Shown one piece after another: positions 1-7,902 of a DNA stretch of 33,517 nucleotides. Each line of letters begins with the position of its first letter. Positions within the stretch are counted from its first letter, which is position 1. The stretch is from a virus. Taxonomy: Duplodnaviria > Caudoviricetes. The notes beneath the pieces are model-generated. The model saw only the letters and a list, made by a program, of their open reading frames with translations. It made no database searches and had not been told where the DNA came from. The position numbers and the translations under genes are program-made. The stretch is taken from positions 1 to 33,517 of the IMG/VR virus record IMGVR_UViG_3300035527_000079; one strand, given 5' to 3'.

Positions 1-138
1 TACTTTGCATTTCTTTTTATGTAGCTTTAGAAAAACTTCCTTTAATCTCTTTTGATCCTCGAGTGAGAAAATTTTCGCATTATATTGTAGAAAGCCATTA
101 TTAGAATGCGTTGTGACATAAGGTGGTTAAATAACTTA

Positions 139-318
139 TCAGCCATCTTTTTTCTTTTGTGAGCATAAATCCCTCTGCATTTCAAGGACTATAATTTTAT
201 CATCGTACCAACAATCAGCACAAATCTTTTCACCCTCCGGGAGGTCGGCACCGCAGATGCATCGCCTTTCCTCCCGATCTTGTCCTTCACGTTCTGTCCA
301 GTCTGGTATATACGTCAT
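139..318 (-). CDS. small zinc-ribbon-like protein (59 aa), not in ORF track
   Basis: Hand translation: [40 protein letters not shown]...KKKDG*. CxC...CxxC pattern; start overlaps the csp stop codon (ATGA). Confidence 0.6.
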   Translation of the reverse strand: MTYIPDWTEREGQDREERRCICGADLPEGEKICADCWYDDKIIVLEMQRDLCSQKKKDG

Positions 319-527
319 ACCGACCTCACATTCATCGCCTGTGGACCGCGCCGTCCGTCCATGGTATCAAAAATAACCTGCTCATCATCGACAAGCGTTC
401 TTCGCTCCTTTGAGGATCTTGTGATTATCCCCGTATAATGCACAAAGACATCTTCCCCGCCATCTTCAGGCGTTATGAATCCAAAACCTTTTTTTTTGTC
501 AAAAAACTTAACTTTTCCCTTGCGCAT
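315..527 (-). CDS. csp: cold-shock domain protein (CspA family)
   Basis: GKVKFF, RNP1 KGFGFI, RNP2 DVFVHY, C-terminal GPQAMNV; SD AGGAG upstream. Confidence 0.95.
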   Translation of the reverse strand: MRKGKVKFFDKKKGFGFITPEDGGEDVFVHYTGIITRSSKERRTLVDDEQVIFDTMDGRRGPQAMNVRSV

Positions 528-556
528 TTTTTATATGCTCCTTTCTTTTTAATAGG

Positions 557-1573
557 TCAAATTGGCGACTCTCCGCTCACAACGCCTGATATGTCGTCAA
601 ACACAACGTCTGTGATCTCGTTGTATTTTTTTCCTGATGCCCTTGTTTTTTCCTCGTACATAATTATGACTTTTGACTTCTCTGACTTTGCCGACTGTAG
701 CTTTGACAAAATTTTTCCATCAAATGTTATGTACTCAACGCCATCAATGTCCGTTGAGTATTTCATAACCTTTTTCCCGCCTTTTTTAACCCTCTGTTCC
801 GAGAGATTGTCAATGACGGTTTCAACGCCGGTTGCGTCATTCTCCGGCTTAACGGCATCCTGCAACTTCGATGATGTCGCCGGCTTTTCTTGGTGCTCGG
901 CCTCGCCGTTGCTGTCATCGTCCTGCGGGATAAACAGCTCATCGTCCGCGTGTATCGTCGCGTTGAGGTCGGTGCTTGACGGCAGGCGCTTTGATATGCG
1001 CCTTAAAACTGTTTTTTTGCGCATCTCGTTTGCAAACGGGCCGTTCCACGGACTGTCTGATCCGGCGCGGCTTGACTTTTTACAGTCCATAATTTCAGAC
1101 TCGCGCATAATCTCAATATACGGCGGTTGCCCGTCTTTGATGCGAGCGATGCAGTATGTCAAGATCGGTTTTGCCTTTGCCCCTTTAAAGTCAGGCACGT
1201 GTTTGATGTGTTCTCCGTTCTCATCTACAAAAAACTCAAATACATCCTCCTCGTAAACGACCCCGCAGTTTATGCTTGCAAGTTCTCCGCTGTTTCTAAC
1301 CTGTTTAAGCAGGCCCTTATACATCGGCATAAACTTGACCTTGCCCTTAAATGGCACCGGGGCGGCCTCCTGACCGTCAAGATACAGGCCCGCCTGCGCG
1401 GCGTCATTAATCGTTTTATACAGAGACGCCCGGTCCTTGTCGAGCAGTGACTGATTTTGCTCAACGTAATTGCACGCCACCTGGATAAATTTGTCTGTAT
1501 CAGCGCCGAGAATTTTTGACAGGCTCTCTTTCATGGCCGACACAGTGTTTTTAAATTCGTCAATACGTTTCAT
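557..1573 (-). CDS. recT: RecT-family ssDNA annealing protein with C-terminal extension
   Basis: AAQAGLYLDG..EAAPVPFKG..MPMYKGLLKQVRNSG, VVYEEDVF, SPW...EMRKKTVLRRISKRLP motifs; same operon as YqaJ. Confidence 0.92.
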   Translation of the reverse strand: MKRIDEFKNTVSAMKESLSKILGADTDKFIQVACNYVEQNQSLLDKDRASLYKTINDAAQAGLYLDGQEAAPVPFKGKVKFMPMYKGLLKQVRNSGELASINCGVVYEEDVFEFFVDENGEHIKHVPDFKGAKAKPILTYCIARIKDGQPPYIEIMRESEIMDCKKSSRAGSDSPWNGPFANEMRKKTVLRRISKRLPSSTDLNATIHADDELFIPQDDDSNGEAEHQEKPATSSKLQDAVKPENDATGVETVIDNLSEQRVKKGGKKVMKYSTDIDGVEYITFDGKILSKLQSAKSEKSKVIIMYEEKTRASGKKYNEITDVVFDDISGVVSGESPI

Positions 1574-1575
1574 TA

Positions 1576-1830
1576 TTACCAGTCCTCCTCTTCTTCTGTT
1601 GCCGGTTCAGGTTTTTGTTTTGTCTCAAACATGGACACGATCACGAGGTCGCGTCCTTCGTCTCTGTCAACCCCGGCAAAATTAAATCTCGGGTTAACCA
1701 TGAGCATTTTACGGCCCTCCTCATCCTTTAAAATCATGCCACAGTTTTCATAACGTCCCTTAGTTTCTCCTTCCGAGTTTTCGTATGTTCCTACCTTTAC
1801 TGCAAGATCATGCGTTTTTCTGAATCCCAT
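1576..1830 (-). CDS. putative phage ssDNA-binding protein (SSB-like)
   Basis: Small beta-rich protein (VGTYENSEGETKGRYENCG) with an acidic tail ending in an aromatic residue (EEEEDW); adjacent to recT. Confidence 0.55.
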   Translation of the reverse strand: MGFRKTHDLAVKVGTYENSEGETKGRYENCGMILKDEEGRKMLMVNPRFNFAGVDRDEGRDLVIVSMFETKQKPEPATEEEEDW

Positions 1831-3065
1831 TAGAATTCCTCCAATTCTTCTTCCTGTTTTTGTTTGTATTGATTTTTTACTTCCCCGTTTTCGATAACAA
1901 ACCCGACCTTGCCGGACCCATCAACGATTTCAATCCACACCTGGCAATCGTATTTCTCGGCCAACGCCTCAAGCGCACGCATGGAATCATCGTCCAGGAG
2001 CGACCCATCGCGAACCCGGATAACGCGCAGTTCCGGATTCAGGGCCATTGCGATTGATACAGAGGCGTTTAACTGTTCTGCATCCGATGCCTGACAATAA
2101 GGCTTTCCGTTTAGCAGTATTTCGCCGTCACCGAACGATATGCCGTCAACCGGAAGGTTGGCCGCCTCAATGGCCTTTTGTTTGTCTGCGTTGCGTTTTT
2201 CAATTCTAGCCGTGAGGTTGTCGGACTTTTCTTTGATTTCTTCTGCCTCCTTCTTTATGTTTTCTTTGACCTTTTTTAGTTCGATGTGCTTGTTAATTTC
2301 TCTTGCTTTCCCGATCTGTTCAGAGAGTTTCGATATGTCTGATATAGTTTTCTTTTCTCCAAGCGTTGCAAGTTCCTCTTTTAGCTTCTTTGCCTCCGCG
2401 CGTAACTCCTCAAGCCGTCCGTTAATCGCATCGATTCTGGCGTTGTGTTTCTCTGCTTCCTGATTCTCGGATGATGCCTGTTCGAGTTCTTTCATTAGCA
2501 GTTCATCATCAATTTCAACGTGTCCTGCAAGTTCTTTGTCATACGTCATCTGCTCATAGGCAGATTTTTTTTCTTTATATTGCCGGTTAATCAACGTGCG
2601 TTCGTCGTAATCTTCCTTGTTTTGCCACTCGATTTTATCAAAATCAACGCCGGGAACAAGTTTCTTCATAACATCAAACTGCGCCTTTTTGTCCATGCGG
2701 TTAAATGCGCCCGGATCAAAACTTAAATCACCGACAATTTTATCGAGTATTGCCTGCGGGGACCCGGCGCGGCCCTCAACTTTTAATGAGGTTGTGAGTT
2801 CTCCGCCTTTCTTATACTTAAATTTTCGTGTTGCGGTTATGCCATCGCTGAGTTTTAACGTAATGTATGCCTCTGATTCCCCGGTGCGGATTGGGTCTGG
2901 CTGAACGGCCTTTGAACCTCCAAGGCACCACCAGATACAGTCCAGCACTGTGGTTTTTCCTTGCCCGTTTTTCCCTGTGATTTTAACGACTTTTTTATCC
3001 GGTGAAATGTCAACGGCGATCAGTTTTTTGATGTTTTCGGCTTGCAGGTTTATTATTGTGCTCAT
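1830..3065 (-). CDS. SMC/Rad50-like ABC-type ATPase with central coiled coil
   Basis: N-terminal AENIKK and Walker A GKNGQGKT, long coiled coil, signature-like ASDAEQ, Walker B/D-loop-like VIRVRDGSLLD. Confidence 0.85.
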   Translation of the reverse strand: MSTIINLQAENIKKLIAVDISPDKKVVKITGKNGQGKTTVLDCIWWCLGGSKAVQPDPIRTGESEAYITLKLSDGITATRKFKYKKGGELTTSLKVEGRAGSPQAILDKIVGDLSFDPGAFNRMDKKAQFDVMKKLVPGVDFDKIEWQNKEDYDERTLINRQYKEKKSAYEQMTYDKELAGHVEIDDELLMKELEQASSENQEAEKHNARIDAINGRLEELRAEAKKLKEELATLGEKKTISDISKLSEQIGKAREINKHIELKKVKENIKKEAEEIKEKSDNLTARIEKRNADKQKAIEAANLPVDGISFGDGEILLNGKPYCQASDAEQLNASVSIAMALNPELRVIRVRDGSLLDDDSMRALEALAEKYDCQVWIEIVDGSGKVGFVIENGEVKNQYKQKQEEELEEF

Positions 3066-3304
3066 TTGAGTTCATCTCCTTTATTAAAAACTTTTGTTAA
3101 AAAAACTTGAATACTTTTGTCTCTTGCTAAGTTAAATGCTATTTCCAATTCTGTTTTTGTCCAATTTTCAGACCCCTTTTCAAGCAACAAATGATATAAA
3201 TGTTTTTTTGCTTCTAATAATTCGTCGTATGTAGAATTAAGCAATAAATGAAATAAGCGTTTTTTTACTTTTAGCAATTCATTATCAATCGACTGTTTGC
3301 TCAT
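3062..3304 (-). CDS. hypothetical protein
   Basis: ATGA-type overlaps with both neighbours; internal repeat ELLxxKKxLxHLLL twice; AT-rich. Confidence 0.7.
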   Translation of the reverse strand: MSKQSIDNELLKVKKRLFHLLLNSTYDELLEAKKHLYHLLLEKGSENWTKTELEIAFNLARDKSIQVFLTKVFNKGDELK

Positions 3305-3513
3305 TGTAAGCCCTCCAATGATAAGTTTGTTGTAAAAATTTGAATATCCGCAAGTTGTCCTTCTAAAGGAACGCTTCTGGATTCATATTCGGTTTCTCCT
3401 GAATATATAGTTAGCAATCCTAATTTATAGTCCTTTTTTAATGCCTCTTCAATAACATTCAGAATGTGCGTTTTTCCACATCCTTGCGGACCTTGTATAA
3501 TTATTTTTATCAT
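3301..3513 (-). CDS. small protein with an isolated P-loop
   Basis: IIIQGPQGCGKT Walker A in a 70-aa ORF; SD AGGAGG; coupled to neighbours. Confidence 0.7.
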   Translation of the reverse strand: MIKIIIQGPQGCGKTHILNVIEEALKKDYKLGLLTIYSGETEYESRSVPLEGQLADIQIFTTNLSLEGLQ

Positions 3514-4415
3514 TTCTTCCTCCTAAAATTAATTTTAAACGTTCTGTAAGGTTTTCTTATGTAGCTAATTTCAGCCTCAGCAACAACGCCGGCGGATATC
3601 GTGAAATCATCTCCTGCGGCTTTTTCGTTATCTCCGATAATCGTTAGCAACTCCGACTTGCAAGATTCCTTGATAGACTTTGCTTCTTTTTCTTTCTGCG
3701 AGGCTTCCTTATATTTCGAAACGATTTCGTTAATCCGTTCATCGCCACGGGCATCGTAAACCGTTCCGGGCTCTGCGTGTTGGTATAATTCTTTTAAAAA
3801 CACAGCGTCTGAATTAAAATTCGGATCAGGTGGTTCGTTGTTTTTTATTGATTTCCAAAACTTCGCGGATTCCTCTAATATGCGGTTAATTACAATCTCA
3901 TCACGTTCCCGGTAAATAAGTTTCTCGTCGTTGCCGCCAACAAGAACGCCTATATACGCATATTTAAGGCCGCTAACAAGTAGCTGGTGCTGGACCTGCA
4001 TTTCGATGTGTAGCGGCGGTTCCCCGTCGATCCAGTTGTCCCGGTAGACAAGGCCGTCAACGTTTTTAATTTCAAGGATTCCGTCGCCTTTATCATTATC
4101 AAGAATTCGAAAATCAAAACTACTACCGATTTTTTCTTCTTCTAATCTAATATATTCCTTGAATGGTCTAACTTCCCATCCTTTTTCTTCGGCGATACAT
4201 TCGGCGATTGATGCTTCTAATTTAATTCCCCATTTCATGCGTTTGTTTTCTTTAAAATCTACAACAAGATTATTCTTGATGCGATGCCATAACTCAAACT
4301 TTGTTAAGTAAGGGCTGATTCCGAATAACGCGGGCGACTTGGTCGATGTAATGTCGTTAAGTCTGAGCGTGAGCCATTCTTGTTCGTTTTTAGGTTGAAT
4401 TGTGATTCTAGCCAT
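3510..4415 (-). CDS. YqaJ-like viral recombinase / lambda-exonuclease family
   Basis: EWLTLR..DITST, GISPY, WGIKLE, SSFD...LEIKN, QVQHQLLVSG motifs; SD AAGGAG. Confidence 0.92.
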   Translation of the reverse strand: MARITIQPKNEQEWLTLRLNDITSTKSPALFGISPYLTKFELWHRIKNNLVVDFKENKRMKWGIKLEASIAECIAEEKGWEVRPFKEYIRLEEEKIGSSFDFRILDNDKGDGILEIKNVDGLVYRDNWIDGEPPLHIEMQVQHQLLVSGLKYAYIGVLVGGNDEKLIYRERDEIVINRILEESAKFWKSIKNNEPPDPNFNSDAVFLKELYQHAEPGTVYDARGDERINEIVSKYKEASQKEKEAKSIKESCKSELLTIIGDNEKAAGDDFTISAGVVAEAEISYIRKPYRTFKINFRRKK

Positions 4416-4531
4416 GCAATACTCTCCTTGTATTCTTGGATTTTTTGTTTATGTTTTTCCGGAAACAAATCGTTTTCGAGACGATTGATTTCGCGTTTCA
4501 TGTCATAAATTGGTTTTTTGAATTTTTTCAT
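4304..4531 (-). CDS. hypothetical protein
   Basis: Plausible SD (GAGG) and fills the operon gap, but overlaps the YqaJ gene by about 110 nt. Confidence 0.4.
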   Translation of the reverse strand: MKKFKKPIYDMKREINRLENDLFPEKHKQKIQEYKESIAWLESQFNLKTNKNGSRSDLTTLHRPSRPRYSESALT

Positions 4532-4709
4532 ATTCCTCTCTTGCCTCTCTCATAACTGTAAAAGGATTTATGTTTTTTCTCATGCAATCTAAAAACGTAT
4601 CATCTAAAATCTTGTCGTCTTCGATTGACATTTTATCTATTTTAGTATCATATTTTTTTAATAAACGTAAGAATGTTTGTTTACAGTTCATAAAATATGT
4701 GATCTCCAA
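4503..4709 (-). CDS. hypothetical protein
   Basis: Fills the operon gap. The true start is probably the second Met (about 4691) behind GGAG. Confidence 0.55.
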   Translation of the reverse strand: MEITYFMNCKQTFLRLLKKYDTKIDKMSIEDDKILDDTFLDCMRKNINPFTVMREAREEYEKIQKTNL

Positions 4710-5091
4710 TCTTGATGCTTGATTTGGCTGATTTAATCCAATATGGCTTGCAGTCGTGCCGGCAGTAATGGTTATATTTCCATGGGCGTGCGGATTCCCA
4801 CGCTTTTTTAGCCATTATAAGTTCTTTGGGTTTTAATGTTCGTGTCTGGGTAGGTTTTCCATTTTCCCAACAGGAAAATTGGTAAGGCTGTAAGACGATC
4901 TCTGTTGCGGCTTTGTTGCGCTCAACCATCCTTCTCTTAATGGTAGAGGCTACAGCAATTTGCCCCTTTAATGATTGATCTGATGCTTCGTAGGCGATTG
5001 TTTGGATAACTTTTTTCTCTGATGCTTGAGATGCTTGGCAGGACATAACCAAAATTACGGTTAAGATTACGGTTCTCATTTTTTTCTCCAA
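4681..5091 (-). CDS. SleB/Hydrolase_2-family cell-wall hydrolase with signal peptide
   Basis: IAYEA..QSLKGQIAVA, IVLQPYQFSCW, IGDHIFY motifs. Hydrophobic N-terminus MRTVILTVILVMSC; likely start at ATG 5079. Confidence 0.88.
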   Translation of the reverse strand: MEKKMRTVILTVILVMSCQASQASEKKVIQTIAYEASDQSLKGQIAVASTIKRRMVERNKAATEIVLQPYQFSCWENGKPTQTRTLKPKELIMAKKAWESARPWKYNHYCRHDCKPYWIKSAKSSIKIGDHIFYEL

Positions 5092-5109
5092 AATTACGGT
5101 TTTTATTTT

Positions 5110-5154
5110 CCCCCGGCCCGCCGAAGCGGTAAGGAGTGACCAACTCGCCGGGGA
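5110..5154 (-). ncRNA. structured intergenic RNA element (predicted three-way junction)
   Basis: Outer stem 5111-5117/5147-5153; inner stem 5118-5121/5126-5129 with a C(UUCG)G loop on the minus strand; inner stem 5134-5137/5143-5146. Confidence 0.6.
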
Positions 5155-5178
5155 TGATAGGTCGTTAAAGATGTATTG

Positions 5179-5478
5179 TCAGCTTATAATCTCGATCTCG
5201 CCTGCATCTAGCATAGATTGCACTTTGTCTTCGGCGGATTTGACACTAATTGGGTTATCCCAGTCGCAACAATCTCCGTCTCCTTCCAAATGCAATCCCA
5301 TGTCTGATATTTCCCACCATACATGTACGGGATAATTGCCATCTAGGTCAGCATCTGCCATTGTAAGCCCGAGGTCTTTTGCGTTTATAATTTCGCCGTA
5401 AGCTTTGTATACGGGGTTTTCCCGCGTGCCGTCAAGACCTACCTCTTGCAATAATTTAATTTTAATTTTTTCTTTCAT
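5179..5478 (-). CDS. hypothetical acidic early protein
   Basis: Strong SD AAGGAG; 99-aa ORF in the early arm. Confidence 0.8.
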   Translation of the reverse strand: MKEKIKIKLLQEVGLDGTRENPVYKAYGEIINAKDLGLTMADADLDGNYPVHVWWEISDMGLHLEGDGDCCDWDNPISVKSAEDKVQSMLDAGEIEIIS

Positions 5479-6140
5479 TTGGTCACTCCTTTTTTTTATA
5501 TTAATTATTTTAATCTAATATTTTTTTTGCCTTGGCTCTAATCTCTTTAGCCTCTGCCATTATCTCATCATGGCGTTTTTGTCTGGCCTCTGCATCAAGC
5601 AATCCATCAGCATCATAATATAATGCTCCCTCGGCTAAGGATTCTTTTTTTTCGGCTTCTGCGATCAGATTATCCGCTTTTTCTTTTCGTGCTTCTTTCG
5701 GATATTTTTCTTCCCACGCCTTAAGCCTCGCATCTGCATCGGATTTGTATTGGTGGTATCGCATGATATTACTATCATCACACGCATGATATGCTTGATT
5801 TGCTTGGGCGTATAATCGGGATATCTCCGATCGCTCACGTTGCGCATCTGTAAGTGATGCTATCGCCTCTTTCCGGACATCATCTGCCCACTGGGCAATA
5901 AGTCCGTTGCCGTTATCACCTATATAGATTCCCATTGCCTCAATCTCTGGTGTTATGTTGCGTGCTTGTAATTGTTGCTTGATGTAATCTGATCTTTCTG
6001 CGGGGATTTTATCACGGTTTACAAGCAGGTTGCCTTTGGGAGTATATAGTTTTCCGTTTTTTTCCTCTGCGGGGGTTACGATATTTGTTGTTCCGTTGCG
6101 TTTGATGATTACTGTTTCCATCGGTCACTCCTTTTTTTTA
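5479..6140 (-). repeat. duplicated translation-initiation region GGTCACTCCT(T)nA at 5481-5498 and 6123-6140
   Basis: Identical 18-nt sequence directly upstream of two consecutive early genes; an inverted partial copy lies at 5131-5143. Confidence 0.85.
5510..6121 (-). CDS. hypothetical early protein with helical/coiled-coil C-terminus
   Basis: 203-aa ORF with strong SD; first gene after the leftward promoter at about 6175-6203. Confidence 0.85.
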   Translation of the reverse strand: METVIIKRNGTTNIVTPAEEKNGKLYTPKGNLLVNRDKIPAERSDYIKQQLQARNITPEIEAMGIYIGDNGNGLIAQWADDVRKEAIASLTDAQRERSEISRLYAQANQAYHACDDSNIMRYHQYKSDADARLKAWEEKYPKEARKEKADNLIAEAEKKESLAEGALYYDADGLLDAEARQKRHDEIMAEAKEIRAKAKKILD

Positions 6141-6174
6141 AGATCGGCTTTATTGCCTCTCTTTATCTACTCTA

Positions 6175-6203
6175 ATTATGCCACATTAATTGACATACGT
6201 CAA
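6175..6203 (-). promoter_or_regulatory. leftward sigma70-type promoter overlapping operator palindrome 1
   Basis: -35 TTGACG (6203-6198), 17 nt, extended -10 TGG-CATAAT (6183-6175); palindrome TTGACATACGTCAA at 6190-6203. Confidence 0.7.
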
Positions 6204-6383
6204 GTGTTTTTTTAAGTATTTTTTAATTAATTTTTCGTGTGCCGGGATGGGATTTCTTCCTTTGTTATTAATCAACCGGCAAAGTGTAAAATGATTGATT
6301 CCTATCTCGTCGGCAATGGTTTTCCATTGCAGGCCTGTCTGTCTGTGTATATTTTTTAATTGATTTATAATTTTATTTTCCAT
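6186..6383 (-). CDS. small XRE/Cro-like helix-turn-helix regulator
   Basis: LQWKTIADEIGINHFTLCRLIN HTH pattern; located at the divergence point, flanked by palindromes. Confidence 0.8.
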   Translation of the reverse strand: MENKIINQLKNIHRQTGLQWKTIADEIGINHFTLCRLINNKGRNPIPAHEKLIKKYLKKHLTYVN

Positions 6384-6389
6384 GCTTCA

Positions 6390-6418
6390 AATATATCAAA
6401 GAAATTGACTAATGTCAA
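6390..6418 (-). promoter_or_regulatory. leftward promoter for the HTH gene overlapping operator palindrome 2
   Basis: -35 TTGACA (6418-6413), 17 nt, TGA-TATATT -10 (6398-6390); palindrome TTGACTAATGTCAA at 6405-6418; ATG at 6383. Confidence 0.7.
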
Positions 6419-6427
6419 GTTTTTTTC

Positions 6428-6455
6428 TTGACATATGTCAATTTTTATATATAAT
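6428..6455 (+). promoter_or_regulatory. rightward promoter overlapping operator palindrome 3
   Basis: TTGACA (6428-6433), 16 nt, TATAAT (6450-6455); palindrome TTGACATATGTCAA at 6428-6441. Confidence 0.8.
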
Positions 6456-6462
6456 AAAAATC

Positions 6463-7854
6463 ATGCAATTAAGACCCTACCAACAAAAAATTATTAATCT
6501 TACCAGATCGGAATTTCTACACGGTAAACGCTCCGTCTTAATCCAGCTACCCACCGGCGGCGGGAAAACCCTCCTCACCGCTGAAATGTTTCGGCTTGCC
6601 GCTAATAAAGGGAAGCGAGCATGGTTTATCGTTCATCGAAGAGAATTACTCAAGCAAACAATGCGGACGTTTTACGATATCGGTGTTAAAAACTTCGGGA
6701 TTGTTTCCGCAGGATTCCCGGAATCTAAACGCATGCCGATACAAATATGCTCCATACAAACTCTTATCCGGCGATATAAACGTTATGCGCCGCCGGATTT
6801 TGTCTGTTGGGACGAATGCAAGCATAACGGATCAAAAACTTATTCAACGATATTTGAGCATTTCAATAAAGCTTATCATATAGGACTTGACGCAACACCG
6901 ATACGGCTTGACGGGACAGGACTAGGTAACTGGTTTAAGTCTATGGTTAACGGCCCCAGCGTTTCATGGCTTATCGATCATAAATATTTATCTCCTTATA
7001 AATTATATGCACCTTCGCACGTTAACACAGACGGATTACATAAGCGCATGGGTGATTATATTAAGGAAGAGTTAGACGTTCTTATGGATAAGCCAACGAT
7101 CACGGGGGACGCGATTAAGCACTATAAAAAGCTGTGCAACGGAAAACGCGCTGTTGTGTTTGCCGTGTCGATCAAGCACTCAAAGCATATCGTTGAGCAA
7201 TTCTGCGCCGCAAGTGTTGCCGCGGCCCACGTAGACGGTAAAACATCAAAAAACGAGCGCGATTTAATCCTGGATAAATTCAGGAAAGGTCAGATAAGGG
7301 TTTTATCCAACGTTGATCTGTTTGGCGAGGGGTTCGATTTGCCGTCTATGGAGGCTGTTATTTTGCTTAGGCCCACATCATCGTTGGCGTTGTATCTTCA
7401 GCAGGTTGGGCGGGTTTTAAGATATGTTGATGGCAAAACCGCTATAATTTTGGATCATGTCGGGAACTGCGAACGGCACGGCCTGCCGGATGAAAACAGA
7501 GAGTGGGAGCTCACAACGGGTCGCCGTAACAAAAAACAGTCAGAGGAGAAGCCAATAAACATAAAAATATGCGAAAAATGTTTTGCCGCTCAGTTGCCCG
7601 GAAAAACACGTTGTTCGTTTTGCGGGGCAGAGTTTGAGATAAAATACAGGAAGGTTGACGAGGAGGACGGCGAGCTTGTTGAGGTTGACGTTAAAGAGTT
7701 GAGGCGTAAGCGATTAATGGCACAGGGGAAATGTAAAACGCTTGAAGAATTAGTCTCAGAGGGAAGGCGTAGAAAATATAAAAATCCAAGGTTATGGGCC
7801 AAGCACGTATTTAACGCGAGGCAGAAAAAGAAATTAATGGGAGGGATAAGATAA
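6463..7854 (+). CDS. superfamily 2 (DExH) helicase with C-terminal zinc ribbon
   Basis: LRPYQ Q-motif, LPTGGGKT, DECKH, ATPIR, GEGFDLP, QQVGRVLR, CxxC..CxxC. Start moved from 6412 to 6463 because the extension spans the promoter. Confidence 0.95.
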   Translation: MQLRPYQQKIINLTRSEFLHGKRSVLIQLPTGGGKTLLTAEMFRLAANKGKRAWFIVHRRELLKQTMRTFYDIGVKNFGIVSAGFPESKRMPIQICSIQTLIRRYKRYAPPDFVCWDECKHNGSKTYSTIFEHFNKAYHIGLDATPIRLDGTGLGNWFKSMVNGPSVSWLIDHKYLSPYKLYAPSHVNTDGLHKRMGDYIKEELDVLMDKPTITGDAIKHYKKLCNGKRAVVFAVSIKHSKHIVEQFCAASVAAAHVDGKTSKNERDLILDKFRKGQIRVLSNVDLFGEGFDLPSMEAVILLRPTSSLALYLQQVGRVLRYVDGKTAIILDHVGNCERHGLPDENREWELTTGRRNKKQSEEKPINIKICEKCFAAQLPGKTRCSFCGAEFEIKYRKVDEEDGELVEVDVKELRRKRLMAQGKCKTLEELVSEGRRRKYKNPRLWAKHVFNARQKKKLMGGIR

Positions 7855-7902
7855 GAATGTGGATGATAAACCCGAGAATGTGGATGATAAACCCGAGAAT
7901 GT
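7854..7902 (+). repeat. 21-bp tandem duplication AGAATGTGGATGATAAACCCG
   Basis: Two exact copies plus a 7-nt partial; encodes MWMINPR twice. Confidence 0.95.

Noticed and set aside
1-146. Short minus-strand ORF (34 aa) at the left edge
   Set aside because: No clear SD or motif; cannot be supported.
438-1256. 272-aa plus-strand ORF
   Set aside because: Antisense shadow of recT/csp with Ser/Phe-rich composition and no motifs. The other short antisense ORFs in the track are rejected for the same reason.
5110-5154. Structured element as a tRNA or simple terminator
   Set aside because: Too short for a cloverleaf, no T-loop motif, and no U tract on the transcribed strand. It could at most terminate weakly.
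6412-6462. N-terminal extension of the helicase in the ORF track
   Set aside because: It spans the operator and promoter; MQLRPYQ at 6463 is the typical family start.
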